Assembly: GCA_964589775.1 (NCBI GenBank)
Contig: CAZPUN010000025.1
Coordinates: forward strand, 1-15,983
Source of the DNA: an uncultured archaeon
GTDB taxonomy: Archaea > Asgardarchaeota > Thorarchaeia > Thorarchaeales > CAZPUN01
DNA length: 15,983 nucleotides
Reading direction: 5' to 3'
Below, one piece after another: positions 7,239 to 15,983 of this stretch. The first letter of the stretch is position 1, and each line of letters starts with the position of its first letter. Below the pieces are notes generated by a model, which was not told the origin of the DNA, ran no database searches, and worked only from the letters and a program-made list of their open reading frames with translations. The translations under genes were made by a program, and so were the position numbers.

Positions 7239-8249
7239 TTAAATACTAAAATCGAGCGCATTCTTATACTTTTTCTTAGAAAGCTTAGCGAGAATATCTG
7301 GATTATGAAGATCTTCCCGGATTATTCCTCTAGATACTTTTTCAAACATTTTTACACCCAATTCGGTACGTATAATCACAGTATTCCATAAGGATTTACT
7401 ACCTATAGAACCAATCGAAATATCTGCAGACTCTGCTGTCAGATCCTTACAATACTTACACGATAAATCTTCAAAGGGTTTAACTTCCTTCAGGGGAATT
7501 TTGATTAAATCATCTACAGTTTCAACAATAAATTTGCCTTGCTTAATATCCAGTTTTTTAACATTACGAATGTCAATATTATGTTGCCTTAGAAACTTTT
7601 CATAAAGGTTAGAATATGTAAAATTACTTGTACAAAATAGGCCTATCGTAATTCGAATTTTGTTTTTGAATATTTTGGGAATTCTAGGACTATTTTGAAT
7701 TTGTCTTACAGCATCGATTTGACATGGAAGACCTACAACGGCCAACTTGTGCAACTTTTCTTTTGTTATTGCATGCCATATTAAAGACAAATTTGGTGAA
7801 AAACTATATCTGGATTTTAACGACTTATGTAATTCCTTAGAACTATGAGCAATATACGGAACAGGAAACCATAATTGTTCATCAACACCAGATACAATAG
7901 CTCCATCAATCTCATTTAATTCGAAAAGGTGTGCTAGGATATGCGTAGTAACACCACCATCTTGTGCATCTCTGAAATATTCGCTACTTTGTGCAGAAAA
8001 AATTTCTAGATAATCTCCAAACGGTCGCTGCGAATAGGATCGCGAATTTACTTTTGGACATACATTCCAACAAAAACCACATTTATCTACTAGATTACAT
8101 TGTATTCGTATATAGGGCTCGTTATCTTTAAATGAAATACGTTCAGTTGGACATACACCTACACATGCACCGCATCTAGAACATATACCGGGTTCTATTA
8201 TAAATTTAAACAGACGCTCTTGATAGGGTATCACATTCTGAGACTCCAT
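7239..8249 (-). CDS. frhB: Coenzyme F420 hydrogenase/dehydrogenase beta-subunit family protein (FrhB/FdhB/FpoF-like) with N-terminal 2x[4Fe-4S] domain
   Basis: CSRCGACVGVCP and C..CGFCWNVCP ferredoxin motifs; AQDGGVTT, VGLPCQ, IGLFC, CKYCKD and ADISIG FrhB motifs. The symbol is family-level only. Confidence 0.9.
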   Translation of the reverse strand: MESQNVIPYQERLFKFIIEPGICSRCGACVGVCPTERISFKDNEPYIRIQCNLVDKCGFCWNVCPKVNSRSYSQRPFGDYLEIFSAQSSEYFRDAQDGGVTTHILAHLFELNEIDGAIVSGVDEQLWFPVPYIAHSSKELHKSLKSRYSFSPNLSLIWHAITKEKLHKLAVVGLPCQIDAVRQIQNSPRIPKIFKNKIRITIGLFCTSNFTYSNLYEKFLRQHNIDIRNVKKLDIKQGKFIVETVDDLIKIPLKEVKPFEDLSCKYCKDLTAESADISIGSIGSKSLWNTVIIRTELGVKMFEKVSRGIIREDLHNPDILAKLSKKKYKNALDFSI

Positions 8250-8504
8250 TCATTAAAAATTATTTTTGCATCTTAAACGTTCTATGTTCATCAATAATAT
8301 TATCATAATTTTAAAGATAGTGCTTGTGTATTTTATAAAGATAAATTATATAATTAAGAATGCTAATTGCTTTTGTACTCATTTTGCACATAATATGACA
8401 ATTGGTTATACAATTTATTCATAAAATTCAGTATTAATATGTGGATTATGAATTTAGAGACTTTTATATATATTTATTTTCAATATAAATAATAGGTGAA
8501 CTAT

Positions 8505-8864
8505 TTGTCAGATTCGAAACTTGAAGATATATTAAATAAATTTGAAGATCATGAACAAAGATTAACTAGACTCGAAGAGCTAATAAAACACAAAGATGAA
8601 ACTATGCCCTTATGGGCCAAAGATCTGGCGACAAAAGATGAATTAAAATCATTTTTTAATTCTTTAACAAGAGAAATCGATCTACTCAGAGATGACATGA
8701 ATAAGAGATTCGAAGATATAAACAAGAGATTCGAAGATATAAACAAGAGATTCGAGGAATTAAACACACATATGCGTATGTATTTCGGACTATTGACATT
8801 CGTAGTTACATTAATTAACACAATGATAACAATTATTGCTATAATGATTGTAAATAAGCCATGA
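8505..8864 (+). CDS. Coiled-coil heptad-repeat protein with C-terminal TM anchor (DUF1640/Bdr/paREP-like)
   Basis: AGGTGA RBS before TTG 8505; LATKDEL motif, (M/I)NKRFE(D/E) x3, hydrophobic C-terminal tail. Confidence 0.8.
   Translation: MSDSKLEDILNKFEDHEQRLTRLEELIKHKDETMPLWAKDLATKDELKSFFNSLTREIDLLRDDMNKRFEDINKRFEDINKRFEELNTHMRMYFGLLTFVVTLINTMITIIAIMIVNKP
8697..8759 (+). repeat. 3 x 21-bp in-frame tandem repeat
   Basis: ATGAATAAGAGATTCGAAGAT / ATAAACAAGAGATTCGAAGAT / ATAAACAAGAGATTCGAGGAA. Confidence 0.95.
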
Positions 8865-9194
8865 ATTTCTACAAAAAACGTGTGCACTATTGTTTTCGCA
8901 TTAACATTTTTATCAGATTATTATGAAATACATAGATGTGTCTAATGCACGAATTTCTTTTTGATAATATTAAGAAAAATTGCGAAGCATTTTTTTAAAA
9001 TTTAAGTATTGATTAATAGAAACATACATTATTGTGAATTCATAACGATTTATTATATTTTCAAAGAATAGACATAATTATCTCTATAATTGTGAAAACA
9101 TGATGATTTAAATTGATTTTGTTATTTAGAAATTTTGGAGATATGAAAACCATCAAAAACACATAAATCCAAAATGCACGGAGGATAGTAAAAA

Positions 9195-9470
9195 ATGATT
9201 AGATTTTCAATCGGACAAATCGGTCTAACAGATATGGGTTTGATTATAATAATGTTAGGTATGTTCTTAATCATTATTGGGATTATGATGTCTCTGTTTA
9301 AACAAGGAAACACTGACGATTATGAAGAAACGCATGTAGAAGGTAAAGCAATTATTTTAATCGGACCAATTCCAATAATTCTTGGTTGGGGTAAGAAAGC
9401 ATATATTATTAGTTTAATTGGAATTGTAATTTTAGTCCTCTATTGGCTTTTCTTCAGCGGTTGGTTTTAG
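9195..9470 (+). CDS. DUF131 (TIGR00304-like) small membrane protein
   Basis: TM segment, then the signature G..IILIGPIPIILG, then a second TM segment; GGAGG RBS. Confidence 0.85.
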   Translation: MIRFSIGQIGLTDMGLIIIMLGMFLIIIGIMMSLFKQGNTDDYEETHVEGKAIILIGPIPIILGWGKKAYIISLIGIVILVLYWLFFSGWF

Positions 9471-12086
9471 ATCAACTTTGTTTGGCTTTTCAATTTTCTT
9501 AATGATTTGATCTATCGCCTCAACTCGCTTCTTCAATCCTAATACTTCTGCCACACGTTGAACTGCATTTAAGTTATGGATTAATGTATCTAGCCATGAG
9601 AAAATATCTCCAGGATATGCATATAATGAGTAATGCTTGAGGAGATATGTAGAAATTCCAGTTGGCGTGTATCCATTTACACGAAGCGAAATTATCTTTT
9701 TTGAAAAGTTTCTCTGACCACAACCACAAAGAGGCGCATCCTTATGCTCACAATTTAGAAAATCTGTCGCCCATTTTGAAAAAATTTCATATACCCACGA
9801 ATCCAACTGTGCAACCCCAGGAGCACTATCAGCATTCATAATATCGTATATTGCATCTGAAAAGAAACGAGTCGGCATATAAGTTCGGAATGCTTTGTTT
9901 ATCTCGCCTTGTAATTTTGAGCTCAGATATACCGCATCAAAAGGTTCAAGATCTATAGCAATAGAAAGAGCACCAGTATTTGCTAATTTATTTCGTACCA
10001 TCACAGCTTCATCAGGAGTAAGATATGAAATTGAAGCTGCCTGGCCCAGAGGCGTAGGTATAACTTGACGATTTCGCACGCGAACCAAACCGCGCTTTTG
10101 AAGGTATTGCACAACTTCAGATAACTTGAAACTTCGACTGAGCATATTTTTGTAAATTTCAGCCAATTCTTCGAATTTGGTAGACCCAGTGGCACATATT
10201 GTCGCTAACACTTGCTCAGCAATCTGTTCAAGCTCAGCAAGCGGAGATACATCTTCAATTTCTCCATTCAGGATATCCATGGCGATTTGATCTTCAGTAC
10301 GATCTTGCGATGCATTATATTTACGTCCGGGCTCAACTAAGAGATAAACTTTACCAAGATCATGTTTTCCTAGCCGTCCAGCTCTGCCCAACATTTGTTC
10401 AAATTCAGCAACGGTTAACCAATTCGCGCCCATCGCTAGAGATTCAAAAATAACTTGAGATGCTGGAAAATCTACACCAGCTCCAAGAGCAGCCGTCGTA
10501 ACTACTGCCTGTAATTTTTGACGGGCAAAAGCACTCTCAATACGTTTTCGTTGGGTAAATGACAAGCCACCATGATACGGTGCAACCCGTAATCGCCTTT
10601 GCCCAAGCCATTCAGCTATTGCATGAGCACGACGCCGCGAATACGTGAAAATAATTGATTGACCTGCATGTCCAGTCGAACTCTTTTGTTTATATGCACC
10701 TGCCACTAGAGAAGCGATAAGTTCCCATTTTTCCTCTTCATTTTGAACAAGCATCAAATGGCGCTCAAGTGGAATTGGACGTCCAGTATGCAATACAAGC
10801 CGCATATTGAGCTCCTTTGCAAGATTTTCAGGATGGCCTACTGTAGCAGATAATCCAATTAGCTGCGCTTCAGGAAATAATTTTCTAATACGGACAATCA
10901 GACCATCGATCTCGGGACCACGTTCCTTTTCTGCTAGAATTTGAATTTCATCAATAATAATAACACCGACGTCACCGATTTCCTCCTTTTTACCAGCACG
11001 CAAAAGGTAGTCAAATGCTTCATAGGTGGCAGTGATGATATTAGCATTCTTTGTTTCATCGTCTACAATGATCCGTTCTTCATCACCAACATCAATATGA
11101 GACATACCAACTCTAATTCCAACTCTCAATCCTAACTTTTTATATCGCTTCTTGAATGATTCATATTTTTCATTCGTCAATGCAACGAGAGGGGATAAAT
11201 ACACCATCTTTTTCCCATTTAGAACTGCCGGAATCCCGGCTAATTCTCCAAGTAATGTTTTACCACTTGATGTAGATGAAACTACAAGTAAATGATAGCC
11301 ACGTAATAACCCAGCCTTGATAGCTTTTACTTGGACGGGCATTAGTTCAGTAATACCTTCGGAAATTAGCAGCTTCTTGAATTCAATTGGAATGCGTACG
11401 TTCTTAATTGGCACCGGTTCTTCATCTTGAGTCGCCTCTATGACATCATAAAGCGTAAGTTCGGGATGCTTTGCCGGATTAAATCGAGGACTAAATATCT
11501 GCAAAATACGATTTATATCTCTAAATTTAATCAACATAGATTCCATCTGGCGACGCATATCTGCAGACAATTCAATTCCACGGTGCCTCAGCTCACGTCT
11601 AAATTCTGCAATTCCACACCTAATACAAACTTTTTCGCCTTCGGGAGTCAATATGAAATTATCTGAGCCTATTAAACTCAGACGCCCTTGTTGAAAACAA
11701 TTCTTGCAGACGCGTACAACTCGGGGTTCTGGAAGTTTAAACTCCTCTATAAATTTCTTAAAAGGCTCAAAAGCTTCTGGAATCTTATGTGCGGGAACAA
11801 CAATGTTTTGCGCTTTTGCGAGAAATCTCTTGAACTCCTTGGGATTATAATACAATGGATGGCTTTTTATGAAGAAAAATGCACGGCGAATCCGCAAACT
11901 TCCAAAGTTCGTTTCTTCAAATTCAATTCGCCCAGATAAAATCGGCATTGCCCTAGGCTGCAGTAAGTTTTCAAAAAGTGCCATTCCTGCTTCTAGCCGT
12001 TTACCCACTGAATAAAGAAAAACAGAGAACTTTCTTGGCACATATCTAGCAATAACATCTTCATCAAACTTACTCAACCTATACAC
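9432..12086 (-). CDS. Archaea-specific superfamily 2 Ski2-like helicase (COG1202, ASH-Ski2 type, DUF5814 N-terminus)
   Basis: Q-motif LMPVQ, STSSGKT, PLVAL, DEIQ, LSAT, YHGGL, ALGAGVDFPA and QMLGRAGR; N-terminal CxxC..CxxC and C-terminal CxH..CxC motifs. Confidence 0.92.
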   Translation of the reverse strand: MYRLSKFDEDVIARYVPRKFSVFLYSVGKRLEAGMALFENLLQPRAMPILSGRIEFEETNFGSLRIRRAFFFIKSHPLYYNPKEFKRFLAKAQNIVVPAHKIPEAFEPFKKFIEEFKLPEPRVVRVCKNCFQQGRLSLIGSDNFILTPEGEKVCIRCGIAEFRRELRHRGIELSADMRRQMESMLIKFRDINRILQIFSPRFNPAKHPELTLYDVIEATQDEEPVPIKNVRIPIEFKKLLISEGITELMPVQVKAIKAGLLRGYHLLVVSSTSSGKTLLGELAGIPAVLNGKKMVYLSPLVALTNEKYESFKKRYKKLGLRVGIRVGMSHIDVGDEERIIVDDETKNANIITATYEAFDYLLRAGKKEEIGDVGVIIIDEIQILAEKERGPEIDGLIVRIRKLFPEAQLIGLSATVGHPENLAKELNMRLVLHTGRPIPLERHLMLVQNEEEKWELIASLVAGAYKQKSSTGHAGQSIIFTYSRRRAHAIAEWLGQRRLRVAPYHGGLSFTQRKRIESAFARQKLQAVVTTAALGAGVDFPASQVIFESLAMGANWLTVAEFEQMLGRAGRLGKHDLGKVYLLVEPGRKYNASQDRTEDQIAMDILNGEIEDVSPLAELEQIAEQVLATICATGSTKFEELAEIYKNMLSRSFKLSEVVQYLQKRGLVRVRNRQVIPTPLGQAASISYLTPDEAVMVRNKLANTGALSIAIDLEPFDAVYLSSKLQGEINKAFRTYMPTRFFSDAIYDIMNADSAPGVAQLDSWVYEIFSKWATDFLNCEHKDAPLCGCGQRNFSKKIISLRVNGYTPTGISTYLLKHYSLYAYPGDIFSWLDTLIHNLNAVQRVAEVLGLKKRVEAIDQIIKKIEKPNKVDLKPTAEEKPIED

Positions 12087-12245
12087 CCAAAATTATTTCT
12101 AAATAAAATCAAATAAATAAGGAAATAAAGCTATAGAATGTGGCGATGTTTCATTGTGCACAAAACATTTGAAAAAATCCATAATCTAATTTTAATCCGT
12201 TTAAAATATATAAAAAATAAGAAAACAAAATATCTTGGTTTTGAA

Positions 12246-13016
12246 TTAGTCAAACAGATAGGATTCTTGATTTTTATAAATAGCATCAAGCATTTCAAAA
12301 TATTCTTTCTTAAATGCAGTTTTCCCTTCGCCATAATCTGTATGAGCTAATTCTACAATTGTCCAATCATTCAAATAATCCCAGTCATTAATTGGCAAAA
12401 TTTTTGAACCTGCAACATCCATTATTTTAATCTTACTCGTAAATTTGTATAAATTACTAAGTAGAGATTCTTTAAAACCACGATATACGGGATTATTCGT
12501 CCCAGCAACTACAAAACGAGCCCGAACTTTCCCAGATATGTATCGCACTTTAATTTTCTTGACAAACTCCTCTACGGTATAGATTTTTGGTATTGAGCCT
12601 TGTGGATGAACTTTCGCTAAAGTATTATATGCAATAACATTTCCACGCTTGCTTATTATAGATTTAATAGTACCTATAACCTCTTTTTCTTCAACTTTTC
12701 CAAATGGATCAATTACTTCAGGACTGATTATGTTCACTTGGGGAACGGGTTCATCCAATCGCATTTCAGTAGGATCAAACAACAACGCACCAAGAGGGTG
12801 CTCAAAAGCAATCTCCACGCTTCCGCGCTTTGCAACTCCTTTGAAGAATCCAGGTCCGATTAGTGCCGATTTTAATTGATCTTCATATAATAGAGACCAC
12901 AGTTGTCGAGATAACATTAAAACTGTACCACGCACTGTGAGATCTTTTAATGACCCAAATGTGAAATCATAGGTTTCAACGTCCAACAACCAAACAAGAG
13001 GTGTAGTCCTACTCAT
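12246..13016 (-). CDS. Hypothetical alpha/beta protein (256 aa)
   Basis: Long ORF whose ATG overlaps the upstream stop (ATGAGTAG, 8 nt); no motif recognised with confidence. Confidence 0.8.
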   Translation of the reverse strand: MSRTTPLVWLLDVETYDFTFGSLKDLTVRGTVLMLSRQLWSLLYEDQLKSALIGPGFFKGVAKRGSVEIAFEHPLGALLFDPTEMRLDEPVPQVNIISPEVIDPFGKVEEKEVIGTIKSIISKRGNVIAYNTLAKVHPQGSIPKIYTVEEFVKKIKVRYISGKVRARFVVAGTNNPVYRGFKESLLSNLYKFTSKIKIMDVAGSKILPINDWDYLNDWTIVELAHTDYGEGKTAFKKEYFEMLDAIYKNQESYLFD

Positions 13017-14199
13017 CTTTATCCCTTTCTATGATATATTTAATTACAAATTCTGTCATAATCTCTGAGAATAGTTCAAAGTGCTCAGCAGGTTCAACCT
13101 TTAATAGGCGCTCTTTGGCATGTTTCTTTTCAATCTTAACAATACGCTCGGGAATGTTAAATCTCTCCTCCAGCATTCTAAATACTTGGTTTACTATTTC
13201 TTCTTTTTCAATTTTTTTATGGTATAAATAACGAGTTAAAGCATTAATTTGCTTCTTAAGGTATATAGACCTTGCAGGTTCCGGTCGTCGTGCAGCAAGT
13301 TTTACATCACGCTCTAAAAAGTCAGCAGGAGAATCCATATTGGCTTCAACTAGTCCCCCACGGGTATATGGCGCACTTAACATAACAATTTCTGAACGAT
13401 CTGGTTTAATATCAGGTTTAGGCGATAAATGCACAACCAAATGAGCGGCGGCTACGTCCGTAATATTATCGATACCATTAGTTAAACCACTAATAATGCT
13501 ACTTACTCGTGAAATAATATACTTTAGTGCTCGAGATTGCATTTCTTCCTTTTGTAAAGTATCTTCAATCCGTTGCATAAACTCAATTAAATCATTTATT
13601 ATTCTACGAATTCTATTTCGTATGATATCACGAGTCCATCTAGTTGTCGCCAAGCCAAGAGCAAAAACAGCATCAATGGGTTTGGATTTTTCATGCTCTG
13701 CAAGCCAACGTTTAATCACTTCTAAGACATATGTTTCAGCAACTTTCTGGCGGTTTTGAAAAACGGACATAGCGGTTTCAGAGCTCATAGATTCTCTTTT
13801 TATCTTAGATTCATTATTTGAAATCTCGCGGATTTTAGATTCCATTTTGTATGAAAAGGTACGATATAGATATTCAATCCATTTACCTTCTTTGATACTA
13901 AAATCTAAAAGGTGTGATGATACTTTCGCAACTTCGCTTCCAGCTTTTGTTCGTCGTTGAAGTTCATCTATCAGAAGATCTACTGCCTCTTTTACATTTA
14001 GAATTCCGTCCATTTCAATACAATATGCAACACGAGCAAGTTCGGGAGGGCATTTTAATTTTGACACAATCTTTTCTATTTCGCGCTCAGGTATTTTATA
14101 CACCTTTTCTTGAAGATCTGCATATTTTTCCTCAAATTCACGAACTAACTTTCTTCTTTCATCAATTGCTATCTTTTCGAGATCGGAGACAACTAACAC
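13009..14199 (-). CDS. Hypothetical highly charged alpha-helical protein (~400 aa)
   Basis: Long E/K/R-rich ORF; likely start GTG 14199 after GGGAGTGG (the ORF track extends to 14232). Confidence 0.8.
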   Translation of the reverse strand: MLVVSDLEKIAIDERRKLVREFEEKYADLQEKVYKIPEREIEKIVSKLKCPPELARVAYCIEMDGILNVKEAVDLLIDELQRRTKAGSEVAKVSSHLLDFSIKEGKWIEYLYRTFSYKMESKIREISNNESKIKRESMSSETAMSVFQNRQKVAETYVLEVIKRWLAEHEKSKPIDAVFALGLATTRWTRDIIRNRIRRIINDLIEFMQRIEDTLQKEEMQSRALKYIISRVSSIISGLTNGIDNITDVAAAHLVVHLSPKPDIKPDRSEIVMLSAPYTRGGLVEANMDSPADFLERDVKLAARRPEPARSIYLKKQINALTRYLYHKKIEKEEIVNQVFRMLEERFNIPERIVKIEKKHAKERLLKVEPAEHFELFSEIMTEFVIKYIIERDKDE

Positions 14200-14392
14200 A
14201 CAATGCCACTCCCGTATATTTATTAAATACAAAATTATTTTTCTAATCTACAATATCTAATTTTACGTAACTAATATTTAATAGTATTTATATAAGTCTA
14301 TTACAAATTACAAATTATGATTGATAAAATTATTTTAAAGCATAATAAAAAAATAGTTTGTCTTATGAAATAAAAAAATAAAAAAGGTGTAA

Positions 14393-15616
14393 TTATTCAA
14401 CTTTTTCTTCTTCAACCATAACTTCAGTCATAAATGCTGTACCAATAATTGCAATTGTTATATAGATACCTACGAGAAGGAGGATACCCACAAGACCATA
14501 TAGATCTAATGCAACACCGGCAGTTATTGGACCAATGATCATGCCAGTTCCAAAGAACACGGAGTAAACCCCCATTGTAGTACCACGGGTTTCTTCATGA
14601 GAGATATCAGTCAAGTACGCTAAAGCCGCGGGTGGAAAAGCTCCTGCCATAAATCCGAAAATAGGTAATAATGGCCATACTGCCCAAAGAGCTGTGATAT
14701 CATTTGCAAAACTAATTAATAAAGTTGCTAAAGCACCGAATCCTAAGAGGCCTATAACAATAAATGGTCTCCGAATCTTCATTCGGTCGGATAATTTTCC
14801 CAATAGGGGCAGAGAAATTACTAATGAGCCACCAATAAGCCCGAATAAGAAAATGATATCAAAGCTTGAAAGCCCTGTAAAATGCTCTTTAAGAATACGC
14901 TCAGTAAAAACAATGAACATACCGTAAAGACTGATAACAGGCACATAAACAGGAACTAATTTCTGCACATTTTTGTCAGCTACAACTTGCTTGATCATAG
15001 ATTTTATGCTTAAATTAATTGTATGTTTTGATTTTGTTTCCTTGATAGCTATAAGAGTGACAAAAGCCGCAAATAATGCGCCTATAGATGCAATATATAA
15101 TGTCTGTGTAGGCGTAATAAATTCGAGAAGAATGATTCCACCACCATAACCGCCAGCAAGACCCATTAATGTAAAGAGGTCATAATATCCCATAAGCTTT
15201 GCACGATTCTTTTCTTCAGAGAGATCTGCTACAATGGATAATGTGGATGAGACCTCAGAAGCTGCTCCAATACCAAATATAACCGAAACAATTGGAAGAA
15301 GTAAAGGATCTCTAAATATGGAAGCCAAGAATGCAGCTGTAGCAGTCAGAAATAAACTCAACACAAGAATTGGCTTTCTACCCTTCAAATCACATAATGA
15401 ACCAAAGAATGATACAGATAAAAGTTCTGCAATTGGATAAATAGCAAGTATTAATGCAATTTCAGTATTTGAGATAGCAGAACCTGCATATGCAGGACTA
15501 CCGATTGTAGCGATCGTAATATAAAATGCAGCGCGCATCAATAGTGTTGCAAAATATAGAACTATTAAGTTTTTCAGATTCTTCGAATGAAACAGTCCGG
15601 ACATGTACGACACCAA
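14393..15616 (-). CDS. Major facilitator superfamily transporter
   Basis: About 12 TM segments; motif A in both halves (GSLCDLKGRK, GKLSDRMKIRR); E.RA..MG and ETRGTTMG; IGP..AG. Confidence 0.93.
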   Translation of the reverse strand: MVSYMSGLFHSKNLKNLIVLYFATLLMRAAFYITIATIGSPAYAGSAISNTEIALILAIYPIAELLSVSFFGSLCDLKGRKPILVLSLFLTATAAFLASIFRDPLLLPIVSVIFGIGAASEVSSTLSIVADLSEEKNRAKLMGYYDLFTLMGLAGGYGGGIILLEFITPTQTLYIASIGALFAAFVTLIAIKETKSKHTINLSIKSMIKQVVADKNVQKLVPVYVPVISLYGMFIVFTERILKEHFTGLSSFDIIFLFGLIGGSLVISLPLLGKLSDRMKIRRPFIVIGLLGFGALATLLISFANDITALWAVWPLLPIFGFMAGAFPPAALAYLTDISHEETRGTTMGVYSVFFGTGMIIGPITAGVALDLYGLVGILLLVGIYITIAIIGTAFMTEVMVEEEKVE

Positions 15617-15865
15617 ACCAAATTTACTTTTTCTTTTGCCTAATAGATTGATTGAATAATATAAGTCTTAGCAACTAACATACTCTCCACTTTGAATATA
15701 TATGCCTTTGCGACTTCAGAAGAAATATTTACAAAAAAAGGGTTAACATTTTATCAATATTCTATCACGATTAGGTTACTTTATATAAAAAAACAAGTTG
15801 AGTTCTTATTAAAAGAATAATGAATTGTATAGATTCAATAAAAGCAACGAGAGTGGTAGTATAAA

Positions 15866-15983
15866 TTGAAGGCTAACAAGAAAACAATTATCTTGTTATT
15901 TCTCGCAGTAATTATAACTGTAGGAAGTTACACATATGGACCTGCACCTATGGAACCGGGAACATATCATGCAGAACTTGTTA
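15866..15983 (+). CDS. 5' end of a secreted/membrane-anchored protein, truncated (MKANKKTIILLFLAVIITVGSYTYGPAPMEPGTYHAELV...)
   Basis: TTG 15866 after GAGTGGT; basic n-region followed by a hydrophobic h-region; frame open to the window end. Confidence 0.7.
   Translation, partial: MKANKKTIILLFLAVIITVGSYTYGPAPMEPGTYHAELV

Noticed and set aside
8697-8759. CRISPR array
   Set aside because: The repeats are contiguous, in-frame and have no spacers.
9098-9166. C/D box sRNA (ATGATGA) or uORF MKTIKNT
   Set aside because: No downstream CTGA D box, and the short ORF is compatible with chance in AT-rich DNA.
445-15440. Remaining short ORFs in the track that are antisense to or nested in the called genes
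   Set aside because: They lie within well-supported CDSs and show no motifs or RBS; these are shadow ORFs.

Overview
AT-rich archaeal chromosomal window. The AGGTGA/GGAGG-type ribosome-binding sites (RBSs), frequent TTG/GTG starts, oligo-T terminators and archaea-specific families indicate an archaeon; an Asgard-like lineage is plausible but cannot be proven from this sequence. It encodes a PH0642-like carbon-nitrogen hydrolase, a polytopic membrane protein, an orphan TadC/T2SS-F platform protein, an archaeal dUTPase, a divergent tandem-GNAT-like protein, a beta-CASP metallo-beta-lactamase nuclease coupled to a very acidic protein, an orphan FrhB-family Fe-S flavoprotein, a heptad-repeat coiled-coil tail-anchored protein, a DUF131 protein, an archaea-specific Ski2-like (COG1202) helicase, an unknown coupled gene pair and an MFS transporter. 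No rRNA, tRNA, CRISPR array or transposase was seen. Two GC-rich islands in otherwise very AT-rich intergenic DNA stand out. The first (3760-3915, minus strand) carries an unannotated 13-aa ORF, MYSPPNDPPDFPW, with a canonical RBS. It consists of strong diprolyl stalling motifs and is followed by overlapping hairpins and a U-tract, upstream of the TadC-like gene: a candidate aIF5A-sensing leader peptide/attenuator, or a stand-alone micropeptide. The second (~1140-1345) is a multi-hairpin element in the leader of the nitrilase gene, a candidate structured RNA.
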